Shown here: piece after piece, positions 39,029 through 49,942 of the stretch
Layout: each line of letters begins with the position of its first letter
Position numbering within the stretch: the stretch's first letter is position 1
Origin: Spirochaetia bacterium
GTDB taxonomy: Bacteria > Spirochaetota > Spirochaetia > CAKZLE01
Length of the DNA: 64,000 bases
Assembly (NCBI GenBank): GCA_963677595.1
Contig: OY782041.1
Location: 3,008,001-3,072,000 of the forward strand
Reading direction: 5' to 3'
Position numbers and translations under genes: made by a program
The notes under the pieces: model-generated
What the model was told of the DNA's origin: nothing
Databases searched by the model: none
What the model saw: only the letters and a program-made list of their open reading frames with translations

Positions 39029-40120
39029 ATGGTAACAATAAAAGACGTAGCAAAAATGGCTGGGGTTTCAACAGCAACTGTCTCTATGGTCTTGAATAAA
39101 AAAGATTCTATAAGCCAGAGTACGGCAGCGAAGGTGATGAAGTGTGTTGAAGAGCTTGGTTATAGACCAAACCTTATTGCACGTGGATTTAAGACTGCAA
39201 ATACCAGAGTTATAGCTGTGCTTGTACCAACGATTACTAATCCAATTTATCCAGCATTTGTTAATGCCATCGAGATTGCTGCTCGAGCTGTAAATTATCA
39301 GGTAGTGTTATATAGCTACAAAGGGGATTCTACGCAAGGTAGTGGGTCCGATTTCTTAGCAGATTTTTACGATCGAATGATTGATGGCTTAATAATCTGC
39401 GGTATTCCAAATCTCCCTGATACGCCGCAGGGGATACAGGAAATGGCAAAGATGATGCAACTCTATTCAGAGCGAGGTGTCCCATTTGTGTTTTTTAGTG
39501 ATGTTGAGCAGTTTGATTTCTTCACGAAAACTCTTAAGATAGATCTCTCTAAGCATTATGATCTTTTCCACCTCCTGTCTGTAGATAGGGTAAGTGCAGT
39601 CTATAAGGTTATCTATCATTTTCTCTCCCTTGACCATAAAAGGATTGCTTTCGTTACTGAAGGAGAAAAAGACAGCTACCCACATAATATTCCTAACCTG
39701 AGAAAGCTTGAAGGTTATAAGAAAGCACTACATGAATTTGGTATTTCGTTCGACGAGGATTTGGTAGTAAATGGGTTAGATGGATTTACCGGTGGAGAAC
39801 AATGTTACAATATTCTTTCGAATCTTGAAAATCCTCCCACAGCGTATTTTTGTACTGGCGATACGATGGCTTTAGGAGTCTTGCATGGAGCTCGGGTGAG
39901 TGGAAAGCGGATCCCAGAGGAAGTAACTGTGATTGGATATGATAATATCCCCTTCGCGCAATACTGGAACCCGTCTCTTTCCACAATTTCCGTACCAGTC
40001 GCTGATATAGCCACGGAATCTTTCAGGAGACTGTATAGCCAAATAAATAAGAATGTCATCGCAACTACAAATAGGATGATTTTCAATACAGAACTCATAA
40101 TCAGAGAATCTTCAAACTAG
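39029..40120 (+). CDS. LacI-family transcriptional regulator
   Basis: TIKDVAKMAGVSTATVS; VIGYDN; LIIRES. Confidence 0.93.
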   Translation: MVTIKDVAKMAGVSTATVSMVLNKKDSISQSTAAKVMKCVEELGYRPNLIARGFKTANTRVIAVLVPTITNPIYPAFVNAIEIAARAVNYQVVLYSYKGDSTQGSGSDFLADFYDRMIDGLIICGIPNLPDTPQGIQEMAKMMQLYSERGVPFVFFSDVEQFDFFTKTLKIDLSKHYDLFHLLSVDRVSAVYKVIYHFLSLDHKRIAFVTEGEKDSYPHNIPNLRKLEGYKKALHEFGISFDEDLVVNGLDGFTGGEQCYNILSNLENPPTAYFCTGDTMALGVLHGARVSGKRIPEEVTVIGYDNIPFAQYWNPSLSTISVPVADIATESFRRLYSQINKNVIATTNRMIFNTELIIRESSN

Positions 40121-40129
40121 GGATAGAAC

Positions 40130-41080
40130 ATGAATAAGAGAGCTCTTGAAACCAAAATATCTATAAGTGAACACCTGCGAATAATTATAAAGGATATGGT
40201 CAAGAATAGGTCTATTTACCTATTAGCAATACCCGGAATTATCTATTTCATTGTATTCAAGTATTTGCCGATGTATGGGATCATTATTTCATTTAAAGAT
40301 TTTTCCCCTCGTAAAGGTATCATAGATAGTGAGTGGGTAGGGTTAAAGCACTTTGTAAGAATTTTCACTAGTATGGATTTCAAGTATATCTTGAGAAATA
40401 CGGTCACTTTGAATGTCCTGAGGTTAATAACTATAACTCCAATAGTGATTGTTTTTGCGCTGATGTTAAATGAGATCCGTACTATTCGCTTCAAGAAAAT
40501 AGTACAAACTATTTCGTATTTTCCGCATTTTTTATCATGGGTAGTCGTTTCGGGAATTGTATTCCAGTTGTTTGCACCCCAATCGGGAAGTATTAATAAA
40601 ATGCTTGTTGCTGCGGGTATGCAGCCCCTGACGTTTCTCTCTGATCCTGACTCGTTTCGATGGTTGATCATAATAACCGGTGCATGGAAAGAGATTGGAT
40701 GGGATTCAATAATATATATAGCGGCAATGGCAGGTATAAACCAGGAACTATACGAAGCTGCAAAGATGGACGGTGCCGGGAAATTAAAGCAGATCTTTCA
40801 TGTGACTATCCCCGGGATCCTTCCTACTATCTTGACGTTATTGCTAATCAGGATTGGGCACATCATGTCGGTGGGATTCGAACAGATTTATGTTTTTCTC
40901 AATCCGATGTTTTATCAGGTAGGTGACGTATTTGCTACCTATATCTATCGGGTAGGACTAGGCCAGGGGCGATTCAGTTATACCACGGCAATAGGACTTT
41001 TTAATTCGCTAGTTGGGTTTGGTCTTCTCTATGTCTCAAACAGAATAAGTCGGAAAGTAGCTCAAGAGAGCTTATGGTGA
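40130..41080 (+). CDS. Oligosaccharide ABC permease (LplB-like)
   Basis: YLPMYG, PHFLSWVVV, ELYEAAKMDGA. Confidence 0.9.
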   Translation: MNKRALETKISISEHLRIIIKDMVKNRSIYLLAIPGIIYFIVFKYLPMYGIIISFKDFSPRKGIIDSEWVGLKHFVRIFTSMDFKYILRNTVTLNVLRLITITPIVIVFALMLNEIRTIRFKKIVQTISYFPHFLSWVVVSGIVFQLFAPQSGSINKMLVAAGMQPLTFLSDPDSFRWLIIITGAWKEIGWDSIIYIAAMAGINQELYEAAKMDGAGKLKQIFHVTIPGILPTILTLLLIRIGHIMSVGFEQIYVFLNPMFYQVGDVFATYIYRVGLGQGRFSYTTAIGLFNSLVGFGLLYVSNRISRKVAQESLW

Positions 41081-41095
41081 GAGGGAAAACTATTT

Positions 41096-41971
41096 ATGAG
41101 TATGATACGCAGAAGCAGAGGCGAAAAAACATTCGAGGTATTTAACTATTTCGCAATGGTTATATTTTCCCTTACGATCCTGTATCCGTTTGCTCATGTG
41201 GCTGCCAGTGCTACAAGCAGCAATAATGCAGTTGTGGCGGGATTGGTTACGTTCTTTCCTGTCAATTTTACTCTTGAACCGTTAAGGCAGCTGACAATCA
41301 ACAGTGCTTACAAGACTTCAATGATCAATACAGTTTTCATAACTGTAGTAGGGACAATAATGAATATGCTTGTGACGGCAATGCTGGCATATCCACTTTC
41401 GAGGAAATCACTAAAATTATGGAAATCCTTGAACTTCTTGGTAGTTTTTACCATGTTCTTTGGAGGTGGGATGGTCCCTACATACTTGATTGTCCGAAAT
41501 CTGAACCTGTTGGATACCTACTTGGCATATATCCTCCCTGGATTGGTATCTCCGTTTTATTGCATTTTACTCCGAAATTTCTTTGCTTCAATTCCAAAGG
41601 AGCTTGAAGAGTCAGCTTTTATTGATGGAGCAAGCAGTTCTCGGATCTTATTTCAGATAATAATCCCTTTATCAACGGCTGCGATTGCTACCATAGGGTT
41701 GTTTTACGCTGTGGCTCATTGGAATGTTTTTATGACTGCAATCATGTATATCTCGAAACGAAGCCTTTGGACGCTGCAGATGTTTCTCAGGGAGATTGTA
41801 AGCCAATCGGCGTCGATCCTGGAGTCGCCAGAAGCTCCAGTGACGGAAGTTGCCTTAGAGTCCCTAAGGATGGCGGCAATAATCGTTAGTGTCATACCAA
41901 TACTGTGTGTATATCCATTCATTCAGAAATATTTTGTGAAAGGTGTGATGGTAGGTTCTGTAAAAGGGTAA
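41096..41971 (+). CDS. Oligosaccharide ABC permease (LplC-like)
   Basis: FGGGMVPTY, ELEESAFIDGA, YFVKGVMVGSVKG. Confidence 0.9.
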   Translation: MSMIRRSRGEKTFEVFNYFAMVIFSLTILYPFAHVAASATSSNNAVVAGLVTFFPVNFTLEPLRQLTINSAYKTSMINTVFITVVGTIMNMLVTAMLAYPLSRKSLKLWKSLNFLVVFTMFFGGGMVPTYLIVRNLNLLDTYLAYILPGLVSPFYCILLRNFFASIPKELEESAFIDGASSSRILFQIIIPLSTAAIATIGLFYAVAHWNVFMTAIMYISKRSLWTLQMFLREIVSQSASILESPEAPVTEVALESLRMAAIIVSVIPILCVYPFIQKYFVKGVMVGSVKG

Positions 41972-42052
41972 ACATTCAGAAAAGATAACATATGCTTATA
42001 TTGGGTCGTTATGATCCAGAAAATATTTTCACTTATAAAAAAGGAGTGTAAG

Positions 42053-43624
42053 ATGAAAACAAAAAAACTGTTTCTCGTATTATTATTGGTGTTGACAGCA
42101 ACAATGATGATCTGGGCTGGCGGTGCCCAGGAGAAAGATACTGACGGAAGCAAGCTTCCGGAATTGACAATTTTCAATAACAGGCCAGCTCGTCAATCGA
42201 TACCAGAAGCTGTAGATTTTTGGGATAACCCCTACATCAATTTTATCAGGGAATCAAGCGGCATTGATCCTATTTACATCCGCCCTGAAACTTCCACATA
42301 CTATGACAAGCTCACTTTGATCATGTCATCTGGGGATATGCCTGAGCTGATTCAGGGCCGGGTCAGCGATCTGTGCAAGTATGCGGAAGAAGGTCTCCTT
42401 GTCCCGCTCGATGACCTGCTCAAAGAGAATGGTCAGGATATTCTGGATCATATACCTGCCGGGATTTGGGAACACCTGAAATATGATGGTAAGATTTATG
42501 GGCTCCCTGCAATATACTTTTATCCCATTCCGGGTAAGGATAGTATTCCCAATAGGATTCTCTGGGTACGAAGAGACTGGATGAATGCCCTTGATTTAGA
42601 AGAACCTACGACCCTGGATGAGTACGTTGAGATCCTGAGACAATTCAAAAACAATGATCCCGATGGGAATGGTGTGAATGATACAATGGGTTTGAGTGGT
42701 TATATGAAAAATGGGGATATTGGTGGACTTGATCATATTTTTGGAGCATTTGGCGTGATACAGACTACCGGAGGACAAGCTTCAGGGCCTTGGTCAGAGG
42801 TTAATGGGGAGATTGTGTACAATCCCACAAAGCCGGAGATGAAAGATGCCTTGGCGTTCCTGAACTCAATGTATGAGGAAGGTCTCTTAGATCCGGAGTT
42901 CTATCTCAATAATTCTACCCAATGGATGGAAAAAGTGTATCAAGGGAAGATTGGTACCTGGCTTGGATCCTGGTGGGAACCAGAAAATAGAACAGACAGA
43001 ATCGTTAACACTACCGGTGTCGCAAGCTTACCTGGCGGTCTTATTACACCTATTCATAGCCCTATCGGTCCGAATGGGGATAAAGGAAACAATGCAACTC
43101 TTTCGTTGAGTGAAGGGGTATATTTTGTGACTGTTGATGCAGAAGATCCTGCTTTAGCTGTGAAGTTCTATAACTGGCGTTTCAGTGATAAGGGTATAGA
43201 TTATGATTTCGGATTTGAAGGAACAAACTTCACTAAAGTTGACGGGGTTAGAGTAAAGAGTAAAGAGACCCCAGTAGATGCCTATGCGAGAGCCTACCAT
43301 ACGAGTTATGTCCCCTGGAATGAGGAAGATTTCCTTCAGTATGTTGTAGATACGACGAAGAATGATACAGATATGTTTGAAATAGCTTGGGAAGCTCTTG
43401 AAATATCAGCTGAAGATGGGGTTACCTCGGTTGTACCATATTACCAGCCGCCATCTCTCATAGAGTACGGCCCGGAACTGCAGAAATTATGGGTGGAAAC
43501 AGCTGTTCATATCATTACTGGCGAGGCTGATCTTGACAGATGGGATGAGTTTGTCACCCTGTGGTACGCAAATGGCGGAGCCGAGATCACCAAAGATATG
43601 AATAAGTATTATTACGGGAAGTAA
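42053..43624 (+). CDS. Oligosaccharide ABC substrate-binding protein (LplA-like)
   Basis: AAGGAG RBS; AGGAQE; RRDWM..PTTLDE..DPDGNGVND. Confidence 0.9.
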   Translation: MKTKKLFLVLLLVLTATMMIWAGGAQEKDTDGSKLPELTIFNNRPARQSIPEAVDFWDNPYINFIRESSGIDPIYIRPETSTYYDKLTLIMSSGDMPELIQGRVSDLCKYAEEGLLVPLDDLLKENGQDILDHIPAGIWEHLKYDGKIYGLPAIYFYPIPGKDSIPNRILWVRRDWMNALDLEEPTTLDEYVEILRQFKNNDPDGNGVNDTMGLSGYMKNGDIGGLDHIFGAFGVIQTTGGQASGPWSEVNGEIVYNPTKPEMKDALAFLNSMYEEGLLDPEFYLNNSTQWMEKVYQGKIGTWLGSWWEPENRTDRIVNTTGVASLPGGLITPIHSPIGPNGDKGNNATLSLSEGVYFVTVDAEDPALAVKFYNWRFSDKGIDYDFGFEGTNFTKVDGVRVKSKETPVDAYARAYHTSYVPWNEEDFLQYVVDTTKNDTDMFEIAWEALEISAEDGVTSVVPYYQPPSLIEYGPELQKLWVETAVHIITGEADLDRWDEFVTLWYANGGAEITKDMNKYYYGK

Positions 43625-43655
43625 TTGAATTAAACATGTAACATGTTGAGAAGAA

Positions 43656-43700
43656 ACCGTTGATCAGTAACGAATCCTGGCTGATCAACGGTATTTCTTT
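43656..43700 (+). terminator. Hairpin with U-rich tail after SBP gene
   Basis: ACCGTTGATCAG...CTGATCAACGGT 12-bp stem followed by ATTTCTTT. Confidence 0.65.
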
Positions 43701-43732
43701 TCAAGCTGAGATAAAAAATTCAGGGGAGACTG

Positions 43733-45034
43733 ATGGAAAAGATTACATGGGCACGAGAGATACCAGTCAGGTATTCAGCTGATATCGCGGTAATTGGGGG
43801 AGGGATCGCCGGAGTGAGCGCCGCATGTGCTGCTGCAGATCTGGGAGTGAGCGTAATATTGGTTGAGAACTTCGCATCTCTTGGTGGAAACATGACAACA
43901 GGAGGAGTGACAGGTTTTTGTGGTGAGAATAAAGGACAAGGGGCGATATTTGACGAAATCAGTGCAGGAATGGAAGCGTTCAAAGCTGCATCTCCTTATG
44001 CCCCATATGGAACAAGATATGATCCAAATCGCATTCCAGGTTCGAAAGATGGACGACTGATTGATACACAACTCCTTTCTGTAGTTCTCCAGGAGATGGT
44101 ACTGAGGAGAGGCATCGAGTTGCTTCTTCACGCTAAATTCACAGACGTAATCAAGGAAGGCAGTAAAATCATTGGAGTAGTCATCGCAGGTGCCTCGGGT
44201 CCGGAATTAGTCAAAGCAACTCATTTTATTGACTGTACTGGTGATGGGTTGGTTGCATGGCAAGCAGGTTTTGAGGTCTCAAAAGGCTGCCCTTCCGGTG
44301 GGCTGCAGTTGCCGATGTCCTATAAGCTCTATGTCCATGAGGAGAAGAAAGGGTATGGGACAGCTATCCCTGATGGATGGTTTGATCAGATAGAGACCCC
44401 TGAAGATCTCCCTATGGTTAGTCCCAATAAAACGCTGTTTGATGGATATCTGGCTGTTAAAATCAAAATTCCCCTATATGATTCAACAGACACAGTTAGT
44501 TTGGCTCGGTCGGAGATATTCTCACGGCTTCGGGCAATGCAGGTAGTGGAGTATTATCAGAGAGTCGAGGATCGCCATTGGCGAATACTCTACTTCTCCC
44601 CTCGAATTGGTATTCGGGAAGGGTATCGTATTACAGGTCTGGAAACTCTCTCTATTGATGACCTGAGAGCTGGTCGAGAATTTCCTAATGCAATAGCCAG
44701 AGGAGTATACTACCTTGATGGTCATAAGCCAGATGATGATGGACGAACGTATATATTATCAGAGGAAGAAAGATATGTCCCACCTTATCAAATTCCCTTT
44801 GGGACATTGGTTGCACGAAACGGGAACAATCTGTTTATGGCAGGTCGCTGCTTCTCGGCAGACCAACTAGCCCTTTCTTCTGCACGGGTATCAACAACTT
44901 GTTCAATGACGGGGCAGGCTGCAGGTATTGGGGCTGCTTTGGCAATCAGAAGCGGATCTGATTCTCACCAAGTGGATGGATTAGACGTCCGGAGAATTGT
45001 TGAAGCAAAGGGAGCGAATCTATTGGTACACTGA
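43733..45034 (+). CDS. FAD-dependent oxidoreductase (PF12831-like)
   Basis: VIGGGIAG, IDCTGDG, GIREG, YQIPF, MAGRCFS. Confidence 0.88.
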   Translation: MEKITWAREIPVRYSADIAVIGGGIAGVSAACAAADLGVSVILVENFASLGGNMTTGGVTGFCGENKGQGAIFDEISAGMEAFKAASPYAPYGTRYDPNRIPGSKDGRLIDTQLLSVVLQEMVLRRGIELLLHAKFTDVIKEGSKIIGVVIAGASGPELVKATHFIDCTGDGLVAWQAGFEVSKGCPSGGLQLPMSYKLYVHEEKKGYGTAIPDGWFDQIETPEDLPMVSPNKTLFDGYLAVKIKIPLYDSTDTVSLARSEIFSRLRAMQVVEYYQRVEDRHWRILYFSPRIGIREGYRITGLETLSIDDLRAGREFPNAIARGVYYLDGHKPDDDGRTYILSEEERYVPPYQIPFGTLVARNGNNLFMAGRCFSADQLALSSARVSTTCSMTGQAAGIGAALAIRSGSDSHQVDGLDVRRIVEAKGANLLVH

Positions 45035-45199
45035 GTGCTCTTAAGGGCCACAATGGATTGGTTTGTGTAGAGAGTGATTTCCTCAGGTGATTCTGATGAA
45101 CCCTGCTGTATAGTACTTTCAGATAGTGAGTAAGCGGGTATACTGCTCCGAACCAAACGTTGAGTAAGTCTTATAACCCGATTTCCCTATGGAGCTTTT

Positions 45200-47596
45200 A
45201 TGAAATCCCATTCATCAATCAAGATCTTAACCACAATTTCTGATTCCCGTGTAGAAGCTGTCATTGAAGCGTTTGTTAACTACCTCCATTTCAAATCGAA
45301 CATACTGATTGAGAGGATCACCTCGACGAAAGGTGATGCTCATTTGGGGGAAAACTGCCTTACTATGTTCATTTCCTTGGACAAACAGTTGTCAGAAGCT
45401 TGTATGCCCACTAGTTATTCCCAAAATTGGCTACATCTATATGAAACTGCTCAGAACTTGCCGCAACCTGGTCTAGAAGGCTACCGAATTGTCTCGTCAT
45501 CTGATGCAGGGGAAGTCCTGATCCTTGCTGCTGATCAAAGGGGTGTGCTATATGGGTTGGGGCGGGTACTACGGGTTTCGAGTATCTACCCAAGTGCTAT
45601 GAGTTTCCCTGATGCCTTCTCCATATCAGCAACGCCTGCGTCAAAGATTCGTGGCATGCAATTGGGATATAGGCCAAAGACAAATGCGTATGATATGTGG
45701 AGTAAAGAACAATATCTCCGGTATATTTGGGAACTGGCCTTCTTTGGTGCAAATACAATAGAATTATTGCCGCCGCGAACTGATGATATCCTCTCAATCC
45801 CTGAAATGCTGTATGACCCATTAGAGATGCTGTGTTGGCTTTCTGCTGAGATCGATACACTTGGATTAGATGTTTCCATCTGGTATCCTAACCTGATTGA
45901 TGATATAACCGATCCAAAAGCTTTCGATGAGGCATTACGGGAGCGAGAAGAAATATTCAGTTCTTTAGCAAGGATTGATTACCTGATGGTTCCTGGAGGT
46001 GACCCGGGGGAATTACCCATAGCTGTTCTTTTTGATTGGATGGAACGAGTCCATGCACAATTGACCAGATTTCACCCCCATGCATCTATTTGGCTCTCCC
46101 CCCAATTCTCAGATTGCTCCCCTTCGAATATTGCTGCTTTTTATGCATATATATCGAAGAGACCATACTGGCTTGCCGGGATAGTTCATGGCCCTTGGGT
46201 AAAGGGAACGGTTTCAGAACTTCGGCAGTTAGTCCCCATGGAGTATCCTATCCGTCGCTACCCCGATATCTGTCACTCATTCAACTGTCAGCATCCGGTT
46301 TGGAATTGGGACCCTGCCTTTCTGATTACTCTTGGACGAGAAGGTTACAACCCTCGTCCAAGAGATTATAAACGCATCCATAACGCAGATGCTGCATATG
46401 CTGTTGGGAGCATTGCCTATTCCGAGGGGATCAATGATGATATCAATAAGTTTATCTGGCTTGATCAGGAATGGGACCCGCATACCAATGAATGGGACAC
46501 TCTAAAGGATTATGTACGCTTATTTATCAATCCTGATCTTACCTCTCAAATCGCAAAAGCCCTTATGAGATTCGAAACCCATTGGGATGGTCCCATTGCC
46601 CGCAATATGGATCGTATCCATGAGACGTTCTTAATGTGGGATACACTCTATAAATCACATGCTGTGGACCTTAACCATAATTACAGATTCATCATGCCCC
46701 TGCTGCGGGTGTATTGTGATGAGTATATTCGGTGCCGTTGGATATGGGAACATGCCCACCAGGAAGAACTGCTGACCCTGCTGCAACACTGTTCACCAAA
46801 TCGGCTCGAACAGACCCTGGAGGAAAGTAAGAGTATTCTGCAAAAGGGTGTTTCAATACCATTCAGGCAACTAAGGGAAGGTATCGACCACTTTGCCGAT
46901 AAGGCATTTGATCTGATCCGATGGCAGACTTCAGTGATCAGGCATCATGCAAAAAGTATCATGCGCGGGGCATTCGTTGATGCTGTCGATAAACCCATCT
47001 CTGATCTTGTATTCCTGCAGCGTGTCATAGACCATACTCAGGACTTTCCTGATCCACAGAGTGCTTGTGAATATGTATATCAAGCCATAGCAAGAGTGCG
47101 GCCTCGTCCGGGTTCTGTGTTCATGAATTTTCAATTCATCACAACAGTAGAACATGCTTCTCCGAACCTAATAAGTAGGAATGGAACAAGCGAGGGCATC
47201 CACCCTTATATCGGAACTATTTCCGCAGCATACAATACAACTCTTGGTGACATGCCTGAGGTACCGATGTATCCCATCATAGAGCAGACGTTCCTGACTG
47301 CTGATTTCGGACAAGCCTTCACGGTAGTTTTAAAAGATCTTGAATATGGAAAGCGATATACCCTGCAGCTTTGTTATGCTCGGAATCACAAACGTGCTGT
47401 TGGGATCAATCTTAGATCAGGTCCATATGAAATCCATTCAACCATTGAATTACCTGGAGCTACAACCATTCGAGAGTTTTCGATTCCCGTAGGCGCCATC
47501 ACCCATGAGGGCACTCTCTCACTAACCTGGCAGAACAGGGAATGCTCAATCTATGGTGGGGGTGTCGCTTGGTTGTCCCTGTCGATTGCTCATTGA
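45200..47596 (+). CDS. Uncharacterised putative glycosidase (GH20/GH67-type N-terminal domain + putative catalytic barrel)
   Basis: EGYRI..ILAADQRGVLYGLGRVL module, then RGMQLGYRPKTNAYD, PGGDPG, YSEGINDD. Confidence 0.55.
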   Translation: MKSHSSIKILTTISDSRVEAVIEAFVNYLHFKSNILIERITSTKGDAHLGENCLTMFISLDKQLSEACMPTSYSQNWLHLYETAQNLPQPGLEGYRIVSSSDAGEVLILAADQRGVLYGLGRVLRVSSIYPSAMSFPDAFSISATPASKIRGMQLGYRPKTNAYDMWSKEQYLRYIWELAFFGANTIELLPPRTDDILSIPEMLYDPLEMLCWLSAEIDTLGLDVSIWYPNLIDDITDPKAFDEALREREEIFSSLARIDYLMVPGGDPGELPIAVLFDWMERVHAQLTRFHPHASIWLSPQFSDCSPSNIAAFYAYISKRPYWLAGIVHGPWVKGTVSELRQLVPMEYPIRRYPDICHSFNCQHPVWNWDPAFLITLGREGYNPRPRDYKRIHNADAAYAVGSIAYSEGINDDINKFIWLDQEWDPHTNEWDTLKDYVRLFINPDLTSQIAKALMRFETHWDGPIARNMDRIHETFLMWDTLYKSHAVDLNHNYRFIMPLLRVYCDEYIRCRWIWEHAHQEELLTLLQHCSPNRLEQTLEESKSILQKGVSIPFRQLREGIDHFADKAFDLIRWQTSVIRHHAKSIMRGAFVDAVDKPISDLVFLQRVIDHTQDFPDPQSACEYVYQAIARVRPRPGSVFMNFQFITTVEHASPNLISRNGTSEGIHPYIGTISAAYNTTLGDMPEVPMYPIIEQTFLTADFGQAFTVVLKDLEYGKRYTLQLCYARNHKRAVGINLRSGPYEIHSTIELPGATTIREFSIPVGAITHEGTLSLTWQNRECSIYGGGVAWLSLSIAH

Positions 47597-47727
47597 GTGA
47601 GTTTGCGTTTGAGAGATTAGGGGGTTCTTAACGTACTAGTAAGAGTTTTTGAGAGCTTCCGTACATCATGTATGGCTGCCTGGTTGTTCCAACTTTAGAC
47701 AACAAGAGGATGAGGAGTATGATTATC

Positions 47728-49017
47728 ATGAATAAACCCGTAGAAACAATCATTGTTGGGGCAGGACATCGAGCTTTGCTCTATGCATCGTTAGCACTAA
47801 AAAAGCCTGAGTTGATGAGAGTGGTCGGGGTTGCCGATCCTTCAAAGGCTGCACGTGATATTGCTGTTAGAACCTTTGGGATTCCAGAAAGTATGTGCTG
47901 GGAGAGTGCTGAGGCATTGGCAGGACTGCCTCGGCAGGCAGATGCTATAATAAATGGCACTATGGACAATCAACATGTTCCAACTTCGTTACCGTTATTA
48001 GAAAGAGGATATCATATTCTTCTTGAAAAACCTTTTGCGGTAAACGAAACAGAGATGGAAGCATTTATTGAAGCGGTGGAGAAGGCAGGTGTTGTTGTCA
48101 ATATTTGTCATGTATTGAGGTATACACCATTTTATAGGAGTATTTATGATGTTGTTCGGGGTGGCAGCATTGGGGAGGTGATAACCATCCATGCTTCTGA
48201 ACATATATCGTATCATCATATGGCTGTCTCTTTTGTAAGAGGTAAGTGGGGTAATAAAGATATATCCGGTTCTTCAATGATCATGGCAAAGTGCTGCCAT
48301 GATCTTGATCTGCTCGTTTGGCTACAGAAAGGGCTTAAGCCAAAAGTGATTTCAAGTTCTGGTTCCCTGCAGTACTTTACAGAGAAGAACGCCCCTGTAG
48401 GTTCTGGAGAGAAATGCTTATTGGATTGCACCTGTGAGAGTGAATGCCTGTATTCCGCCAGGAAACATTATTTAGATCATCCCGATCGATGGAGTTTCTA
48501 TGTTTGGGATGAACTGAAGCATATTGAGAATCCCTCTATTAGAGAAAAAGAGGCTTTACTGAAGGGCGACAGTCCGTATGGCAGATGTGTTTTCAGAAGT
48601 AATAATACTGTTGTTGATCATCAACATGTCATTATCGAATTTGAAAATGGCAGTACGGGGTCTTTGGATATGGTTGGCGGTTGTGTGAAATCGGGAAGGA
48701 AGATTCACATCATTGGTAGTAAAGGGGAAATTGAAGGAATCTTTGAAGATGGATCATATGTTGTGCGCCTGATTGATCCCAGTCCTGGATGTGAGTTTGA
48801 AGAACATAGTATTGACGTAAGATTGTCTGGGGATTTTAGTGGTGTTCACGGTGGACATGGGGGCGGTGATCTGCGGTTGGTAGAGGATTTCATAAAGACC
48901 ATACGAGGGGAGGCCTCCTCAGTGTCTTCTACCAGTCTCTCTGATTCAATCGTTGGCCATAGGATAGGGTTTCTCGCGGAGAAGGCAAGATTGGCTAATC
49001 AAACAATCGTTATGTGA
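47728..49017 (+). CDS. Gfo/Idh/MocA-family NAD(P) oxidoreductase
   Basis: IVGAGHR, LLEKP, CHVLRY, KCCHDLD, GHGGGD. Confidence 0.9.
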   Translation: MNKPVETIIVGAGHRALLYASLALKKPELMRVVGVADPSKAARDIAVRTFGIPESMCWESAEALAGLPRQADAIINGTMDNQHVPTSLPLLERGYHILLEKPFAVNETEMEAFIEAVEKAGVVVNICHVLRYTPFYRSIYDVVRGGSIGEVITIHASEHISYHHMAVSFVRGKWGNKDISGSSMIMAKCCHDLDLLVWLQKGLKPKVISSSGSLQYFTEKNAPVGSGEKCLLDCTCESECLYSARKHYLDHPDRWSFYVWDELKHIENPSIREKEALLKGDSPYGRCVFRSNNTVVDHQHVIIEFENGSTGSLDMVGGCVKSGRKIHIIGSKGEIEGIFEDGSYVVRLIDPSPGCEFEEHSIDVRLSGDFSGVHGGHGGGDLRLVEDFIKTIRGEASSVSSTSLSDSIVGHRIGFLAEKARLANQTIVM

Positions 49018-49054
49018 GGGGAACGTAAAACAGCGGAACTCTCTATAGGAGATC

Positions 49055-49726
49055 ATGGATATGAAAACAAGAAGGATACGAACTATTCTCTTTCAGGGAG
49101 ATTCAATCACTGATTGTGGTAGGGTAAGGGATCTGCAAGATGAGGAGAACAATCTGAAAGCGATGGGTCTTGGTTATCCGAAATTCATTGGGGCAAAACT
49201 ACTGACAGATTACCCAACTCATGAGTACTCTTTTTACAATAGAGGAATATCAGGTAATCGTGTTGTAGATTTGTATGCACGTTGGAAAGTAGATTGCCTC
49301 AATATCAAACCAGATTTGGTGAGTATCTTGGTCGGCGTTAATGATACCTGGCATGATAAAGACAGCTCTAATGGAGTTGAACCAGACCGATATGAGGTAA
49401 TGTATCGAATGCTGCTTGAATGGACACAATGGGTATTACCCGAAACTATAATTGTGTTATGTGAACCATTTGTGTTGAACTGTGGTGTCGTAAGAGAGGG
49501 TTGGATACCAGAAATGGATGCAAGACGAATGATAGTTCGGTCTTTAGCGAAAGACTTCAATTGTCCTTTCATCCCATTCCAGTCCATGTTTAACGAAGTA
49601 TCAACAACAGCTCCAGCTGAATTCTGGGCGCAGGATGGGGTCCATCCTTCATTGGCAGGGCATAATAAGATGGCAGAGTTCTGGTTGGAACATATCAAAT
49701 TAGATCAAGATGATAGCTTTATATAG
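49055..49726 (+). CDS. SGNH/GDSL esterase (likely O-acetylesterase)
   Basis: GDSIT, NRGISG, GVND, DGVHP blocks. Confidence 0.9.
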   Translation: MDMKTRRIRTILFQGDSITDCGRVRDLQDEENNLKAMGLGYPKFIGAKLLTDYPTHEYSFYNRGISGNRVVDLYARWKVDCLNIKPDLVSILVGVNDTWHDKDSSNGVEPDRYEVMYRMLLEWTQWVLPETIIVLCEPFVLNCGVVREGWIPEMDARRMIVRSLAKDFNCPFIPFQSMFNEVSTTAPAEFWAQDGVHPSLAGHNKMAEFWLEHIKLDQDDSFI

Positions 49727-49942
49727 CAGGAGATCTGCTATTTATTCGTTGAGCAGTGTAACCTATTCATTCTCCCCTCGGGAACTGCAAATCAAGTGAA
49801 CCCAGTCTTTAAAGCGGGAGGATCCTGTATATACACTGTGCATCCAGATGGTATTCAAAGGGGAGACGAATCCTATTGACATTGGCTCGAGGTGTAGTAT
49901 TATTACTGTTATAACGGTTAAAACAAACTTAAGGAGTTCTAT

